Source: Pseudomonadota bacterium (GTDB lineage: Bacteria > UBA10199 > 2-02-FULL-44-16 > JAAZCA01). Taken from it: a DNA stretch of 64,000 bases. Location: NCBI GenBank assembly GCA_043798915.1, contig JAZDOG010000103.1:1-64000 (forward strand). Direction: 5' to 3'. Under the pieces are notes generated by a model. The model was not told where the DNA came from and did no database searches. It saw nothing but the letters and a program-made list of their open reading frames with translations. Below, in pieces: positions 39,588-49,573 of the stretch (position 1 is its first letter; each line of letters begins with the position of its first letter). The position numbers were made by a program, and so were the translations under genes.

Positions 39588-40519
39588 CCGTTTTCCCCGT
39601 CCCCCAGCAGCAGATATAGAAGCGCCATTCGCACCGCCACACCATTCGTCACCTGATCCAGGATCACGGAGCGCGGACCATCTGCGACCTCTGCGGAGAT
39701 CTCGACGCCGCGGTTGACAGGGCCCGGGTGCATGATCGTGAGGTCGGGTTTGGCTGACTTGAGGAGCTCGCCTGTGACGCCGAAGTATCTTGCGTATTCG
39801 CGCAGGCTCGGGAAGAAGCGGCCGCCGAGGCGCTCGCGCTGGATGCGCAGGACCATGAGGACATCGAGTTGGGGCAATACCTCGCGGAGATCGCAGGAGA
39901 CCTTTGCGCCGTAGATTTCCTCGATTCCCGGCGGGATGAGCGTCGGCGGCCCCGAGACCACCGCCTCGATCCCCATCTTTTTGAACAGGAGGAGGTTCGA
40001 GCGGGCGACGCGCGAATGCATTATGTCGCCCACGATGCCGACCTTCAAGCCGCGCAGTTCCCCTTTCGCCTGCTCGATCGTCATGAGATCGAGGAGCGCC
40101 TGCGTTGGATGCTCGTGCTGGCCGTCGCCGGCGTTGATGACGTGCGCGCTGGTCACCTTTGCAGCCTCAGCCGGTGCGCCGGAGACACCGTGCCTGATGA
40201 CGAGGATGTCGGGGCGCATCGCCTCGATGTTCTTCACGGTGTCGAGGAGCGTCTCGCCCTTCTTCGCCATCGCGCTGCCGGACTTGCCGATATTGCTGCT
40301 GTCGGCGGAGAGCCTCTTTTCAGCCAGTTCGAAGGAGAGCCTCGTTCGGGTGGAATCCTCGAAAAAACAGTTGATAACGGTGCGGCCGCGCAGCGTGGGC
40401 ACTTTCTTGATCTGGCGCTCCGATATCTCCTTGAAGGAGCCAGCCGTCTGAAGGATGAGCAGGACGTCCTTCTTCGTGAGGTCGCCTATCGAAAGTATAT
40501 GTCGAGTGGAGAGTTTCAT
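39584..40519 (-). CDS. pyrB: Aspartate carbamoyltransferase catalytic subunit
   Basis: FFEDSTRTRLSFE, HEHPTQALLD, HPGPVNRG; start at the ATG at 40519. Confidence 0.97.
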   Translation of the reverse strand: MKLSTRHILSIGDLTKKDVLLILQTAGSFKEISERQIKKVPTLRGRTVINCFFEDSTRTRLSFELAEKRLSADSSNIGKSGSAMAKKGETLLDTVKNIEAMRPDILVIRHGVSGAPAEAAKVTSAHVINAGDGQHEHPTQALLDLMTIEQAKGELRGLKVGIVGDIMHSRVARSNLLLFKKMGIEAVVSGPPTLIPPGIEEIYGAKVSCDLREVLPQLDVLMVLRIQRERLGGRFFPSLREYARYFGVTGELLKSAKPDLTIMHPGPVNRGVEISAEVADGPRSVILDQVTNGVAVRMALLYLLLGDGENG

Positions 40520-41058
40520 TATGCCTGGTGTTTTATCACCACCTTGTTTTCGCCGTCTATGTTCTCGAGCATCACCTTGACGTTCTGCGTGGCGGTGGTC
40601 TTGATGGCCCGGCCCACGTAGTCCGGCTGTATAGGCAGCTCCCGCCAGCCCCTGTCTACCATCACCATCAGCTTGATAAACCTGGGCCTTCCGTAATCGA
40701 TCAGCGCATCCATCGCCGCCCGGACGGTCCTGCCGGTGTAGAGGACATCGTCCACCAGCACGATCCCCTTGCCCGTTATCGAGAACGGCAGCTCCGTGCT
40801 TCTCACGACAGGCTGCTCGTCGACTTCGGACAGGTCGTCGCGGTAGAGGTTGATGTCCAGGGTGCCCACCTCGATTGGCTTGTGCTGGACGATCTCGACT
40901 TTGCCGGCCAGCCATTCGGCCAGCGGCACGCCGCGCGTCCTGATGCCGACGAGCACGACGTTCTCCGTGCCGTCCGCAACGATCTCTTTGGCCACCCGGA
41001 GCATCTCCTGATCCATCTCGCTGGCCGTGAGAAGCAGTTTCATTTTAGACTCGCTCAT
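40519..41058 (-). CDS. pyrR: Pyrimidine operon regulator / UPRTase
   Basis: GIRTRG, LDINLYRDDL, LVDDVLYTGRT, RELPIQPDYVG. Confidence 0.96.
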   Translation of the reverse strand: MSESKMKLLLTASEMDQEMLRVAKEIVADGTENVVLVGIRTRGVPLAEWLAGKVEIVQHKPIEVGTLDINLYRDDLSEVDEQPVVRSTELPFSITGKGIVLVDDVLYTGRTVRAAMDALIDYGRPRFIKLMVMVDRGWRELPIQPDYVGRAIKTTATQNVKVMLENIDGENKVVIKHQA

Positions 41059-41070
41059 GGACATCTCCTC

Positions 41071-41122
41071 AAAAAAAACCTCCCTGCAGATGCGGGGAGG
41101 CCTTGAAGTCGCACGCCTCCCC
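41071..41122 (-). terminator. Intrinsic terminator with overlapping antiterminator upstream of pyrR
   Basis: CCTCCCCGCATCTGCAGGGAGG followed by T8; upstream GGGGAGGC can pair with GCCTCCCC. Confidence 0.7.
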
Positions 41123-41497
41123 CTAAAACTTCAGTTCGTCGCCACGCTTGAAAACTTCCTCGTCCGCCTTCCGCACCGCCCTCTCGGATATCTGCCTTAC
41201 GGCCGAGAGCTCCCGCTCGAGCTGGCGGATCTTCTTGTTCTTCGAGCGTATCTCGAGCGTCTTGAAGAACGAGGGCAGTGCCTCGATGATGGCGATTGCA
41301 ACCATGCCGCCGCAGAAGGCGAGCAGCAGGACGAAACCCATCGGTATCGGGACTGACTGGAGCGAGATCAGATGCGGCACCGAGAACTTGAAGATCACTT
41401 CATAGGTGAAGGTCTGGCCGTCAAGATTGCAGTATATGAAATTGAGAAGAATGAAGAAGAGCAGAGCCATGACGACTGCGAAAGTGAGACGCTTCAT
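41123..41497 (-). CDS. lapA: LapA/DUF1049-family membrane protein
   Basis: Two hydrophobic helices then a coiled coil (KKIRQLERELS); conserved position after ihfB-HIT. Confidence 0.75.
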   Translation of the reverse strand: MKRLTFAVVMALLFFILLNFIYCNLDGQTFTYEVIFKFSVPHLISLQSVPIPMGFVLLLAFCGGMVAIAIIEALPSFFKTLEIRSKNKKIRQLERELSAVRQISERAVRKADEEVFKRGDELKF

Positions 41498-42000
41498 ATA
41501 TTGGCGCCTCCTGCCATTTTCTCAAATCCCGGCTTCAGGCGGTCGTAGGTCCGCTCAAGATACTCCGGCATTGAGCGGGTGTCTCCTATGATCGGCATGA
41601 AATTCGTGTCGCCCAGCCAGCGCGGGACCACGTGCAGATGTACGTGATCCGTTATGCCGGCGCCCGCGACCTTGCCGATGTTGAAGCCGCAGTTGAAGCC
41701 CTCGGCCTCTATCGCCTTTGCCATGACATCCGCCGAATTTGCGCACAGCCGCAGCATCTCGGCATGTTCATCCCCGGTGAGTTCGGCGAGCGATCCGGTG
41801 TGGCGATAAGGTATGATCAACAGATGCCCGTTGTTATACGGAAACCGGTTCATGAGGATGAAACACGACTTGCCGCGGTAAAGCACCAGTCGCTGTCTGT
41901 CGTCGCCAGGGAGAGCGGCTTCACAGAAGACGCAGCCGCCTGCCTTCTTCCGCAGTTCGTCTATGAACTGCATCCTCCATGGCGCCCAGAGATGTTCCAT
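41494..42000 (-). CDS. HIT-family hydrolase
   Basis: LWAPWR, NRFPYNNGH, HVHLHVVPRW. Confidence 0.95.
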   Translation of the reverse strand: MEHLWAPWRMQFIDELRKKAGGCVFCEAALPGDDRQRLVLYRGKSCFILMNRFPYNNGHLLIIPYRHTGSLAELTGDEHAEMLRLCANSADVMAKAIEAEGFNCGFNIGKVAGAGITDHVHLHVVPRWLGDTNFMPIIGDTRSMPEYLERTYDRLKPGFEKMAGGANI

Positions 42001-42281
42001 TATTTGGTGTTCACCCTCTCGCGCAGCTCCTTGCCCACCTTGAAAAACGGCACGCGCCTTTCTCCCACGTTTACCGACATGCCGGTCTTGGGATTGCGGC
42101 CAACGCGCGGTTTGCGCATGCGGACCTCAAAACTCCCGAAACCGCGGATCTCGATGCGATCGCCGCGCCCCAGCGCATCGGTCATGCTGTCGAATATCGT
42201 GTTGACGATCACCTCGACATCCCTCCCGGCCATGCTCGGCAGCTTCCTCGACAGCATCTCGATAAGGTCGCTCTTGTTCAA
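42000..42281 (-). CDS. ihfB: Integration host factor beta
   Basis: MNKSDLIE, RIEIRGFGSF, GRNPKTG, FKVGKELRERVN. Confidence 0.95.
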   Translation of the reverse strand: MNKSDLIEMLSRKLPSMAGRDVEVIVNTIFDSMTDALGRGDRIEIRGFGSFEVRMRKPRVGRNPKTGMSVNVGERRVPFFKVGKELRERVNTK

Positions 42282-42311
42282 GGCACGCCTCCTTTCAGAA
42301 GAAATATGACG

Positions 42312-43217
42312 CTAATAGCTTTCGTTTGTATTCATGAACATCAACGGTTGCCAGTAATCCAGAGACTTCGCCGACGAGAGCGCGGATATTGCTTTTTCGG
42401 CCGTGTCGAAGAGGCGCTCGATCAGCAGGTGCCTCGCCTTCGGGCGGATGAGCCTGGGCTCGCCTTTGATTCCGCCCATCTCCGCGGCCATCTTCACCGC
42501 CTCCGAGAGCCCGCCCATCGCGTCAACAAGCCCGAGTTCCAGCGCCTGCCGGCCTGTGTAGATCCGGCCGTCTGCGATCTCGTCCACCTTCTTCAATTCC
42601 AAAGACCGGGCCTTTGCCACCTCTTCCTTGAACTGGCCGTGGATGTCGTCCAGCATTCCCTGCAGGACCTGGCGCTCTTCTGCAGTCATCAGCCGGTCCA
42701 TCGATGCGAGGTCCTTGAGACGTCCGCTCTTGAGAGTTTCGTGCTTGATCTTTGCCCATTGGAGGAGGTCGCCGATCATGACGTGCTCCATCCTCACGCC
42801 GATGGAACCGGTGATGGTGCCAGGATTCGCAAGGATCTTCTTCGCACCGCAGGCGATGTAGTAGCCGCCGCTTGCAGCTACGGAGCCCATCGATGCGACG
42901 ACCGGTTTTTTCCCGGCCAGGCGCCTCACTGCCTCGAGGATCTCCTGCGAAGCTGCAACCGAACCGCCGGGCGACTCGATCCTCAAGACGACGCTCCTCA
43001 CGCTGTCGTTCTTGCGAAAGCGGTCTATCTCATCGACGGTGTCGTCTGCGGAGACGATTGCGCCGTCGACGGTTATGATCCCGACGCCGCCGCCGAACGG
43101 CATGACGGAAGAGACACCGCCACTGCCGCCGGCCATGAATAACACCATTCCAAAGAGGAATGCCCCCGCTATCAGGAGGACAAAGATGATGGCAATGACA
43201 AGCCCTTTGTGTCGCAT
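42312..43217 (-). CDS. sppA: Signal peptide peptidase SppA (S49)
   Basis: SPGG, AASGGYY, GSIGV. Confidence 0.95.
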   Translation of the reverse strand: MRHKGLVIAIIFVLLIAGAFLFGMVLFMAGGSGGVSSVMPFGGGVGIITVDGAIVSADDTVDEIDRFRKNDSVRSVVLRIESPGGSVAASQEILEAVRRLAGKKPVVASMGSVAASGGYYIACGAKKILANPGTITGSIGVRMEHVMIGDLLQWAKIKHETLKSGRLKDLASMDRLMTAEERQVLQGMLDDIHGQFKEEVAKARSLELKKVDEIADGRIYTGRQALELGLVDAMGGLSEAVKMAAEMGGIKGEPRLIRPKARHLLIERLFDTAEKAISALSSAKSLDYWQPLMFMNTNESY

Positions 43218-43248
43218 CGTTCCCCCGGAACGACTACCTCAAAAGTTG

Positions 43249-44829
43249 TTACTTTGCTTCGTCCATCGCGAGGAGGAACTTTCGCTCGCGCGGGAGGGTC
43301 TTCTTTACCACGATGTCGATCTCATCCCCAGCCTTGAGCGATTCAGGGAATTCCTTTTCAGGGATGAGGCCCTCCACGCCTTCCTCGACCTTCACGACCG
43401 CGCCGGCGCCGGAGAGAACCGTCACCGTGCCATGGGACTTGGTGCCCTCCTTATAGGAGGCGTTGATCTTGTCCCACGGGTCGTCCGCCAGGTGTTTGAG
43501 GCCCAGCGAAAAGCGCTCGTTCTCCGGGTCGATCTGGAGGACGACCGCCTCGACCTCGTCGCCCTTCTTGAAGAGCTCAGAGGGATGCGCGAAGTTCTGA
43601 ACCCAGCAGATGTCGGAGATGTGCACGAGGCCGTCGATCTCGCCGTTGACGTCGACGAATATGCCGAAGTCGGCGATGTTGCGGATTCCCCCGCGGATCT
43701 TGCTGCCGATCGGGTACTTATCCTCCAGATGCTCCCATGGATTGGGCTCTATCTGCTTGAGTCCCAGCGATATCCTCTTGGCGTTCAAATCGACATCGAG
43801 CACTATCGCATCGACCGTGTCGCCGACCGAGACGACCTTTGAAGGATGCTTCACCTTCTTTGTCCAGCTCATCTCGGAGACGTGGATCAGACCCTCCACG
43901 CCGTCGCCCAGCGCCACGAAGGCGCCGTAGTCGGTGAGGTTGACGATCTTGCCGGAGACACGGGAGCCGACCGGGAACCTTCCCTCGACGTCGCTCCAGG
44001 GATCCGGCTGAAGCTGCTTGAGACCCAGCGAGACCTTCTGTGATTGCTGGTCGAACTTGAGGACGACCACGCGGATGTCGTCGCCGACCGAGAACATCTC
44101 GGAGGGATGGCCAACGCGGCCCCAGGACATGTCTGTCACATGCAGCAGCCCGTCGATGCCGCCCAGATCCACGAAGACGCCGTACTCGGTGACGTTCTTG
44201 ACCACGCCATCGAAGACCTGACCTTCGGCAAGGTTCGTGAGGGTGGCTTCCTTCATCGACTCCCTCTCCTTCTCGAGGATGGCCTTGCGGGAGAGGACGA
44301 CGTTGCCGCGGCGCTTGTTGAGCTTGATGATTTTGAACTGATAGACGTTGCCTATGTATTTATCGAGATTTCTGGCGGGCCGCAGATCGACCTGCGAACC
44401 GGGGAGAAATGCCCTGACGCCGATATCGACTGACAGGCCGCCCTTCACCTTGCACACGACCGTGCCTTCGATCACGGTGTCCTTCTCCTCCACCTCGGCC
44501 AGCCTGTCCCACGTGCGCATGGCGTCAGCACGCTCTTTGGAGAGGACCATGATGCCCTGGTCGTTCTCGATCGATTCGAGGAGTACCTCGATCTCGTCGC
44601 CGGGCTTCGCTGTTACCTCGAAGCGGGCGTTTCTGAACTCATCGATCGGTATCTGTCCTTCTGATTTGAAGCCGATGTCGACTATGACAAAATCGCGGCC
44701 TATGCGCACGACCTTGCCTTTGACGATCTCGCCCTCTTTGAGTTTCGCCTGTTTCGTGCTCTCTTCAAAGAGCCTGGCGAACTCGCTGCCCTTCTGCTTC
44801 ACGCTCGGATCGATCTGTAATGGACACAT
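43249..44829 (-). CDS. rpsA: 30S ribosomal protein S1
   Basis: Tandem S1 domains (FLPGSQVD, DGLLHVTDMSW, EGLIHVSEMSW). Confidence 0.98.
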   Translation of the reverse strand: MCPLQIDPSVKQKGSEFARLFEESTKQAKLKEGEIVKGKVVRIGRDFVIVDIGFKSEGQIPIDEFRNARFEVTAKPGDEIEVLLESIENDQGIMVLSKERADAMRTWDRLAEVEEKDTVIEGTVVCKVKGGLSVDIGVRAFLPGSQVDLRPARNLDKYIGNVYQFKIIKLNKRRGNVVLSRKAILEKERESMKEATLTNLAEGQVFDGVVKNVTEYGVFVDLGGIDGLLHVTDMSWGRVGHPSEMFSVGDDIRVVVLKFDQQSQKVSLGLKQLQPDPWSDVEGRFPVGSRVSGKIVNLTDYGAFVALGDGVEGLIHVSEMSWTKKVKHPSKVVSVGDTVDAIVLDVDLNAKRISLGLKQIEPNPWEHLEDKYPIGSKIRGGIRNIADFGIFVDVNGEIDGLVHISDICWVQNFAHPSELFKKGDEVEAVVLQIDPENERFSLGLKHLADDPWDKINASYKEGTKSHGTVTVLSGAGAVVKVEEGVEGLIPEKEFPESLKAGDEIDIVVKKTLPRERKFLLAMDEAK

Positions 44830-45045
44830 GCTGGTGCAGCCTCCTTTTTCGTTATAGAATTTAAGCCCTTGTGCGTTGCCGCCTTTTTTTGAGTTGAGGG
44901 ACCATAGAGTCGCGGCGAAGTTTTGTCAAAGGAATTGTTTTGTTTCACAACGAGTTACTAGTCCCAAGTGGAGATAGCGGCCGAATCATGATTTACGCCA
45001 TAAAAAGGCCTCGCATCCTTTTGTGAAATCGGTTATTTAAAAGAA

Positions 45046-46104
45046 ATGGCGCGAAAGAAAAGGGAAATATCCATCCTGGATGTCACTATCCGCGATGGCA
45101 GCTACACCATAAATTACCAATACACGCCGGCACAGGTGGCGGCGGTGGCTGCCGCCCTGGACCAGGCCGGCATCGATTGTATAGAGGTGAGCCATGGCTG
45201 CGGGCTTGGGGCCGTCGCGAACCTCCGCCTCCCTGCCGCGGCGAGCGATGCGGAATACGTCCGCGCAGCCAAAGGAGCGGTCAAGAGGGCCAAGGTTGGC
45301 GTGATAGCGGGTGCAGCCCCCTCAACACAACAGAAGGATATAGATGAAGTGATAGATGAAGTAGATTTTATCCGTTTCGCTGCCAACTGCGACAATCCTG
45401 CAGTTGTTGCAGAAAACATAAAATATTCGCGTAGAAAGCGCCCAAACCTCAAGATATTCTTTCAGCTGATGAGGTCCACCAGACGCCCCAAAGCGGCACT
45501 TCTCAAGGCTGGCCGGCAGATAGAGGATATGGGAGCGGATTTGCTCTACATCGTGGATACTGCGGGCCATTTCATTCCGGACGAGGTGGGCGATTTCACC
45601 AGTGCCCTCACAGCCAAGCTCAAGATAGCGATCGGGTTCCACGGGCACAACAACTTGGGGCTTGCAGTTGCCAACACGCTTGCCGCCGTCGAGGCCGGCG
45701 CAAAATCTGTCGATGCGAGCCTCAAGGGGATGGGTCGCGCGGGAGGCAACGCACAGCTCGAGGCCGTCGTCTCCCTCCTCCATCGCCGGGGGCTCGCCCG
45801 CGATATCGACCTCGACCGGCTGCTCGTTGCTGCCGAGGAGCTGATTGCGCCGATCATGCCGCCGTCGTGCGGAATCAATCTGGTCGACGTCTTGACCGCC
45901 GACGCGAACATCGATCTCTATCCGCTGTCGCTCTACGAGAGGATAGCTGAAGCAGCCGGCATCGGCTTCGTTGAATTCGTGAGGGAGATGGCCTCCGATG
46001 ATGCAATGGTGGAGGCTGGTGTGGCCGAGATTGAACGCGCGTTGAAAACGCTCGGAGGTGATGTAGCACGGGCGTTCGCCGCGGTGGGCATCAGAAAGCC
46101 ATGA
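45046..46104 (+). CDS. HMGL-like aldolase related to 4-hydroxy-2-oxovalerate aldolase (DmpG/MhpE family)
   Basis: DVTIRDG, EVSHGCGLG, GFHGHNNLGLAVAN, GMGRAGGN. Confidence 0.85.
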   Translation: MARKKREISILDVTIRDGSYTINYQYTPAQVAAVAAALDQAGIDCIEVSHGCGLGAVANLRLPAAASDAEYVRAAKGAVKRAKVGVIAGAAPSTQQKDIDEVIDEVDFIRFAANCDNPAVVAENIKYSRRKRPNLKIFFQLMRSTRRPKAALLKAGRQIEDMGADLLYIVDTAGHFIPDEVGDFTSALTAKLKIAIGFHGHNNLGLAVANTLAAVEAGAKSVDASLKGMGRAGGNAQLEAVVSLLHRRGLARDIDLDRLLVAAEELIAPIMPPSCGINLVDVLTADANIDLYPLSLYERIAEAAGIGFVEFVREMASDDAMVEAGVAEIERALKTLGGDVARAFAAVGIRKP

Positions 46105-46108
46105 TGGA

Positions 46109-47314
46109 TCACAGTCGGTTTATCTCTTCTTCCAACGCCCTGCAGATGACCCCTACATCTTCGTCCGAAAGTCCCGTGTGAAAAGGAAGGAAGGTGAGGT
46201 CTGGTGCGATACGCTCTGTAGCGGCCAGCTTTCCCGCTTTTTTTCCCGGAAGGCCGCAATATATGCCTTCCATATGATGGCAGTGCCACTGGCCGGTCTG
46301 GATGTTGTGGCACTGGTGAAGCGGCGGCGCCAGCCTTTCGCGTCCTGGCAAAAGGAGGCCGTAGTGCGTGATCACGGTCCCGGGGTCCGTTGCCTGCAGG
46401 ACGACCTTTCCCTTGTGCACCAGGCGCGAGAGCCCTTCATCATATAGCTCCTTGAGTTTCCTGCGGCGGGCAAAGAGCGTCTCCCTTCGTTTCAAGCACT
46501 CGGCAGCGATAACTGCGTTTATGGCGCTCATCTTGTAGTTCGCCCCGAACTCCTCGAGATCATTGCCGCTCGTAAGGCTGATGCCCTGATGTGCGATCGT
46601 GGCGACCCGCTCCACAAATCCCTGATCGTTCGAGGTGATGATTGCGCCACCCATGCCGGTGATGATCTTCGAGATGGTCAGGCTGAACACTGTGGCGCCA
46701 TGTGTTCCGATATTCACGAGGCCGGGCCTCAAGCCGTTTCGCATGGAGCCAACGGCAAGCGAGGCGTCCTGAATCACAGGGATATCGAGCCCCTTTTTTT
46801 CGAGCAGGTCCATGAAGGGTGCTAAATCTACAAATTCGTTCAAGTGGGTGAGGACTATCGCCTTCGTCTTCTTTGTGACCGCGCGGGCTGCGGCCGAAGG
46901 GTCCATGCACCAGTTCGCGGGATCGCAATCGACAAAGCGCGGGATCGCGCCGGCTATCACGATGGCGTTGATCACGCCGGTGTAGTTGAGTGAGGTCGCT
47001 ATGACCTCCCCTCCCGCGGCGTCCAAGGCGCTCAAGGAGGCGGCGATGGCTCCTGTCGCCGAACCGATGCCGGCAGCGGAGAGCGGGAGGGAGCCCTGCC
47101 CGAATGCCCTGGCGGCGCGTTTGAGAACCGGCGAATCCGGGTTGCAGCCGCCTGTGATAAACGCGAGAAACTCTCTCACGAAACGCTCTATCGCCCCCCC
47201 CGCCATGGGTTGGAAGGCGACCGCGGCGAGGTCATCTCTCGCAAGAAGAGAGCCGACCGCAGCGATCGCCGCTCTGTCTATATCCGGATGTATGAGGCTC
47301 AATCCCTTTGGCAT
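46109..47314 (-). CDS. DegT/DnrJ/EryC1/StrS-family PLP aminotransferase (divergent)
   Basis: SATGAI, PRFVDCD, KTKAIVLTHL, IQDASLAVG, SLTISKII (PLP Lys), GANYKMS, LPFH. Confidence 0.85.
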   Translation of the reverse strand: MPKGLSLIHPDIDRAAIAAVGSLLARDDLAAVAFQPMAGGAIERFVREFLAFITGGCNPDSPVLKRAARAFGQGSLPLSAAGIGSATGAIAASLSALDAAGGEVIATSLNYTGVINAIVIAGAIPRFVDCDPANWCMDPSAAARAVTKKTKAIVLTHLNEFVDLAPFMDLLEKKGLDIPVIQDASLAVGSMRNGLRPGLVNIGTHGATVFSLTISKIITGMGGAIITSNDQGFVERVATIAHQGISLTSGNDLEEFGANYKMSAINAVIAAECLKRRETLFARRRKLKELYDEGLSRLVHKGKVVLQATDPGTVITHYGLLLPGRERLAPPLHQCHNIQTGQWHCHHMEGIYCGLPGKKAGKLAATERIAPDLTFLPFHTGLSDEDVGVICRALEEEINRL

Positions 47315-47347
47315 CTCGCGATGAATCTATCATGAAGAGATAAATAA

Positions 47348-48934
47348 ATGCAAAGGGTTCAGCTTGAAACAGCTGTTGAAAAAATGCCGTATGCATGTCA
47401 TCTTCGATCGGTGTTCATAAAAAAACTCAAAGAGTTTGTCAGATCCGACTGCTGGACCTTCACCACCTATTTCACTGAAGGTTTCCCGTTCACCGTCACG
47501 CGCACTGTTGTGCCAATGTTCCTGAGGGTCATGAATGTGCCCCTGGAAAGCATCGGGCTCACCTCGCTGTATGGGCTCCCCTGGGTACTCAAATTTTTAT
47601 GGAGCCCGCAGATAGACGAATCGGCCACCAAAAGGGTGTGGCTGCTCTGCATGCAGTTCCTCATCGTGGCGATGATGTTTCTGGCCGCCATCTTCGCGCC
47701 GCTTTCTTTCGGGGTGCAGGCGATCGCGGTCATGTTTTTTGTGGTAGCCGTGGTATCTGCGACACACGACATAGCGATCGACGGATACTACATGGCCGCC
47801 CTGGACCGGGAGGCCCAGGCAAAATATGTGGGTCTGAGAGTCATGGCCTACAGGATAGCCATGATGGCCGCCACCGGCATCGTCGCCACCATTGGAACGG
47901 CCCTCTCCTGGACGCTCGCCTTCGCTGCCGCGGGCGTGGTCATGGGTCTCTTCTTTGTCTATCACTTCTTTTACCTCAGGGAGGTCGAGACATACGGAAA
48001 GACATTCAAGGAGATGTTCGCCGAATTCTTAAGATTGAAAAGGCTCGCGGGATTGGCCCTGCTCGCGCTGGCCGTCGCCGGGCTCAGATATTTCGTTGGA
48101 AGTCATTACTATGTCTCTGCACAGGATTACCTGCCCCTCTTGAAATCGATCTCTTTCGCCCACTGGGTCGGCATAATGCTCCTCGTCGCGCTGATCCTCG
48201 TGGCGGCGCTCAGGAATAAAATCAAAGCCCGGCTGTTCCGGAATCCCGATTCCAACTACGGCAAGGCATTTCTCGCATTTGTCGACAGGGATAAAATAGG
48301 CGTCATACTCTCCTTCGTAATTCTGTTGCGCGTGGGCGATTGGATGCTCTCCGCGATGGTCTCGCCGTTTTTTGTCGATGTCGGGATCAAGATACATTAC
48401 GGGTGGCTCACGAGCCTCGTCGGATTGCCGGCGTCGATCATCGGGGGAATGGCCGGCGGCTGGGCCATCTACAAATTTGGGCTCAGAAAAGTCATCTGGC
48501 CCTTCATCCTGGCCCAGAACCTGACGCTGCTCTTCTACATGTTCCTCGCTTTTTATCTCTCCAATTACATCAGCATCAACACTGGCGCCGCTTCCCCGAT
48601 GGGCGTCGGCGCCGTAAATCTCTTCCTGATCGGGTGCACGATGTGCTTCGAACAGTTTGCGGCCGGCCTGGGGACGGCAGTCCTGATGACATATCTCATG
48701 AGGCTTTGCATCCCGGAGTACAAGGCGACCCACTATGCCATAGGTTCAGGGCTTATGAGCTTGAGCGGAATGTTCACAGGAGTGGCAAGCGGATTTCTGG
48801 CCGGATGGCTCGGTTACGGATGGACGTTTGGAATGAGCTTTCTTGCCTCGGTTCCGGCGATGGTGCTGATACCGTTCCTGCCCTATCTGGATACGGGCAA
48901 GAGAGCATCGCAGATTGCCGGCAAGGCGGCTTGA
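47348..48934 (+). CDS. AmpG-like MFS permease
   Basis: YFTEGFP, LPWVLKFLWSP, SATHDIAIDGYY, YKATHYA; exact start uncertain. Confidence 0.88.
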   Translation: MQRVQLETAVEKMPYACHLRSVFIKKLKEFVRSDCWTFTTYFTEGFPFTVTRTVVPMFLRVMNVPLESIGLTSLYGLPWVLKFLWSPQIDESATKRVWLLCMQFLIVAMMFLAAIFAPLSFGVQAIAVMFFVVAVVSATHDIAIDGYYMAALDREAQAKYVGLRVMAYRIAMMAATGIVATIGTALSWTLAFAAAGVVMGLFFVYHFFYLREVETYGKTFKEMFAEFLRLKRLAGLALLALAVAGLRYFVGSHYYVSAQDYLPLLKSISFAHWVGIMLLVALILVAALRNKIKARLFRNPDSNYGKAFLAFVDRDKIGVILSFVILLRVGDWMLSAMVSPFFVDVGIKIHYGWLTSLVGLPASIIGGMAGGWAIYKFGLRKVIWPFILAQNLTLLFYMFLAFYLSNYISINTGAASPMGVGAVNLFLIGCTMCFEQFAAGLGTAVLMTYLMRLCIPEYKATHYAIGSGLMSLSGMFTGVASGFLAGWLGYGWTFGMSFLASVPAMVLIPFLPYLDTGKRASQIAGKAA

Positions 48935-48950
48935 ATGCCGCCAGAAGGTC

Positions 48951-48988
48951 AAAAAAAACGGGGGGATCAAAAACGATCCCCCCATTTT
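48951..48988. terminator. Bidirectional intrinsic terminator
   Basis: A8-C-GGGGGGATC-N6-GATCCCCCC-ATTTT between convergent genes. Confidence 0.8.
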
Positions 48989-49014
48989 CTTGTCTGTCTG
49001 TGGTTTCTTGCCTG

Positions 49015-49419
49015 CTATTTGGCATCGGCCGTCCAGACGGTCCTGTCCTTGAAATGCACCCTTAGCAGCGTTGCTTCGGCCTTGGTTGCCCCGGACAGAA
49101 GCGGGCTGTTATCCTCGTATGTTTTCCCCTGCTCGATGGGCTGCCTTACGCTTTTTACGATATTCTCCCATATGTAGGGCGTCTGATCGACAACCTTCCC
49201 GGTGGCATCAAGAAATTTCATGCCAATATCCACCTGAGTGACGGGTTTGTCCGTGGTGATCTTTATACTGAAGTTAAACCCGGGGGTCCCTGCTTTAACG
49301 CCAATCGGCGTGAACTCTACGGGCTTTGTATCTGCTGCCTGAAGTGCGGAGACACCCAGCATAGCGCATGCAAAGACCAACCCAACAACCGCCTTCTTAA
49401 TCCTTTTGTTGCAAAGCAT
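49015..49419 (-). CDS. Small secreted beta-rich hypothetical protein
   Basis: Sec-type signal peptide KRIKKAVVGLVFACAMLGVSALQA. Confidence 0.75.
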   Translation of the reverse strand: MLCNKRIKKAVVGLVFACAMLGVSALQAADTKPVEFTPIGVKAGTPGFNFSIKITTDKPVTQVDIGMKFLDATGKVVDQTPYIWENIVKSVRQPIEQGKTYEDNSPLLSGATKAEATLLRVHFKDRTVWTADAK

Positions 49420-49573
49420 AACAGGACCCCTTTCGTTAAAAGGTAAACAGCGTTAAAAGCCGTTGCCGCAGATTCTTCATCATTCTTCACTCTCTTTGTC
49501 AATGCCCTTGCTCGTCTCGTGCGGCAAGCGCAAGACGAGACCCGGGGTAATGTATATCTCGTTTTGATCACCA

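Noticed and set aside
39584..40915. N-terminally extended pyrB, and likewise the extended ptsI, nifS, dnaJ and XRE-Panacea ORF calls
   Set aside because: The extensions overlap upstream genes or promoters; internal ATGs match the family N-termini.
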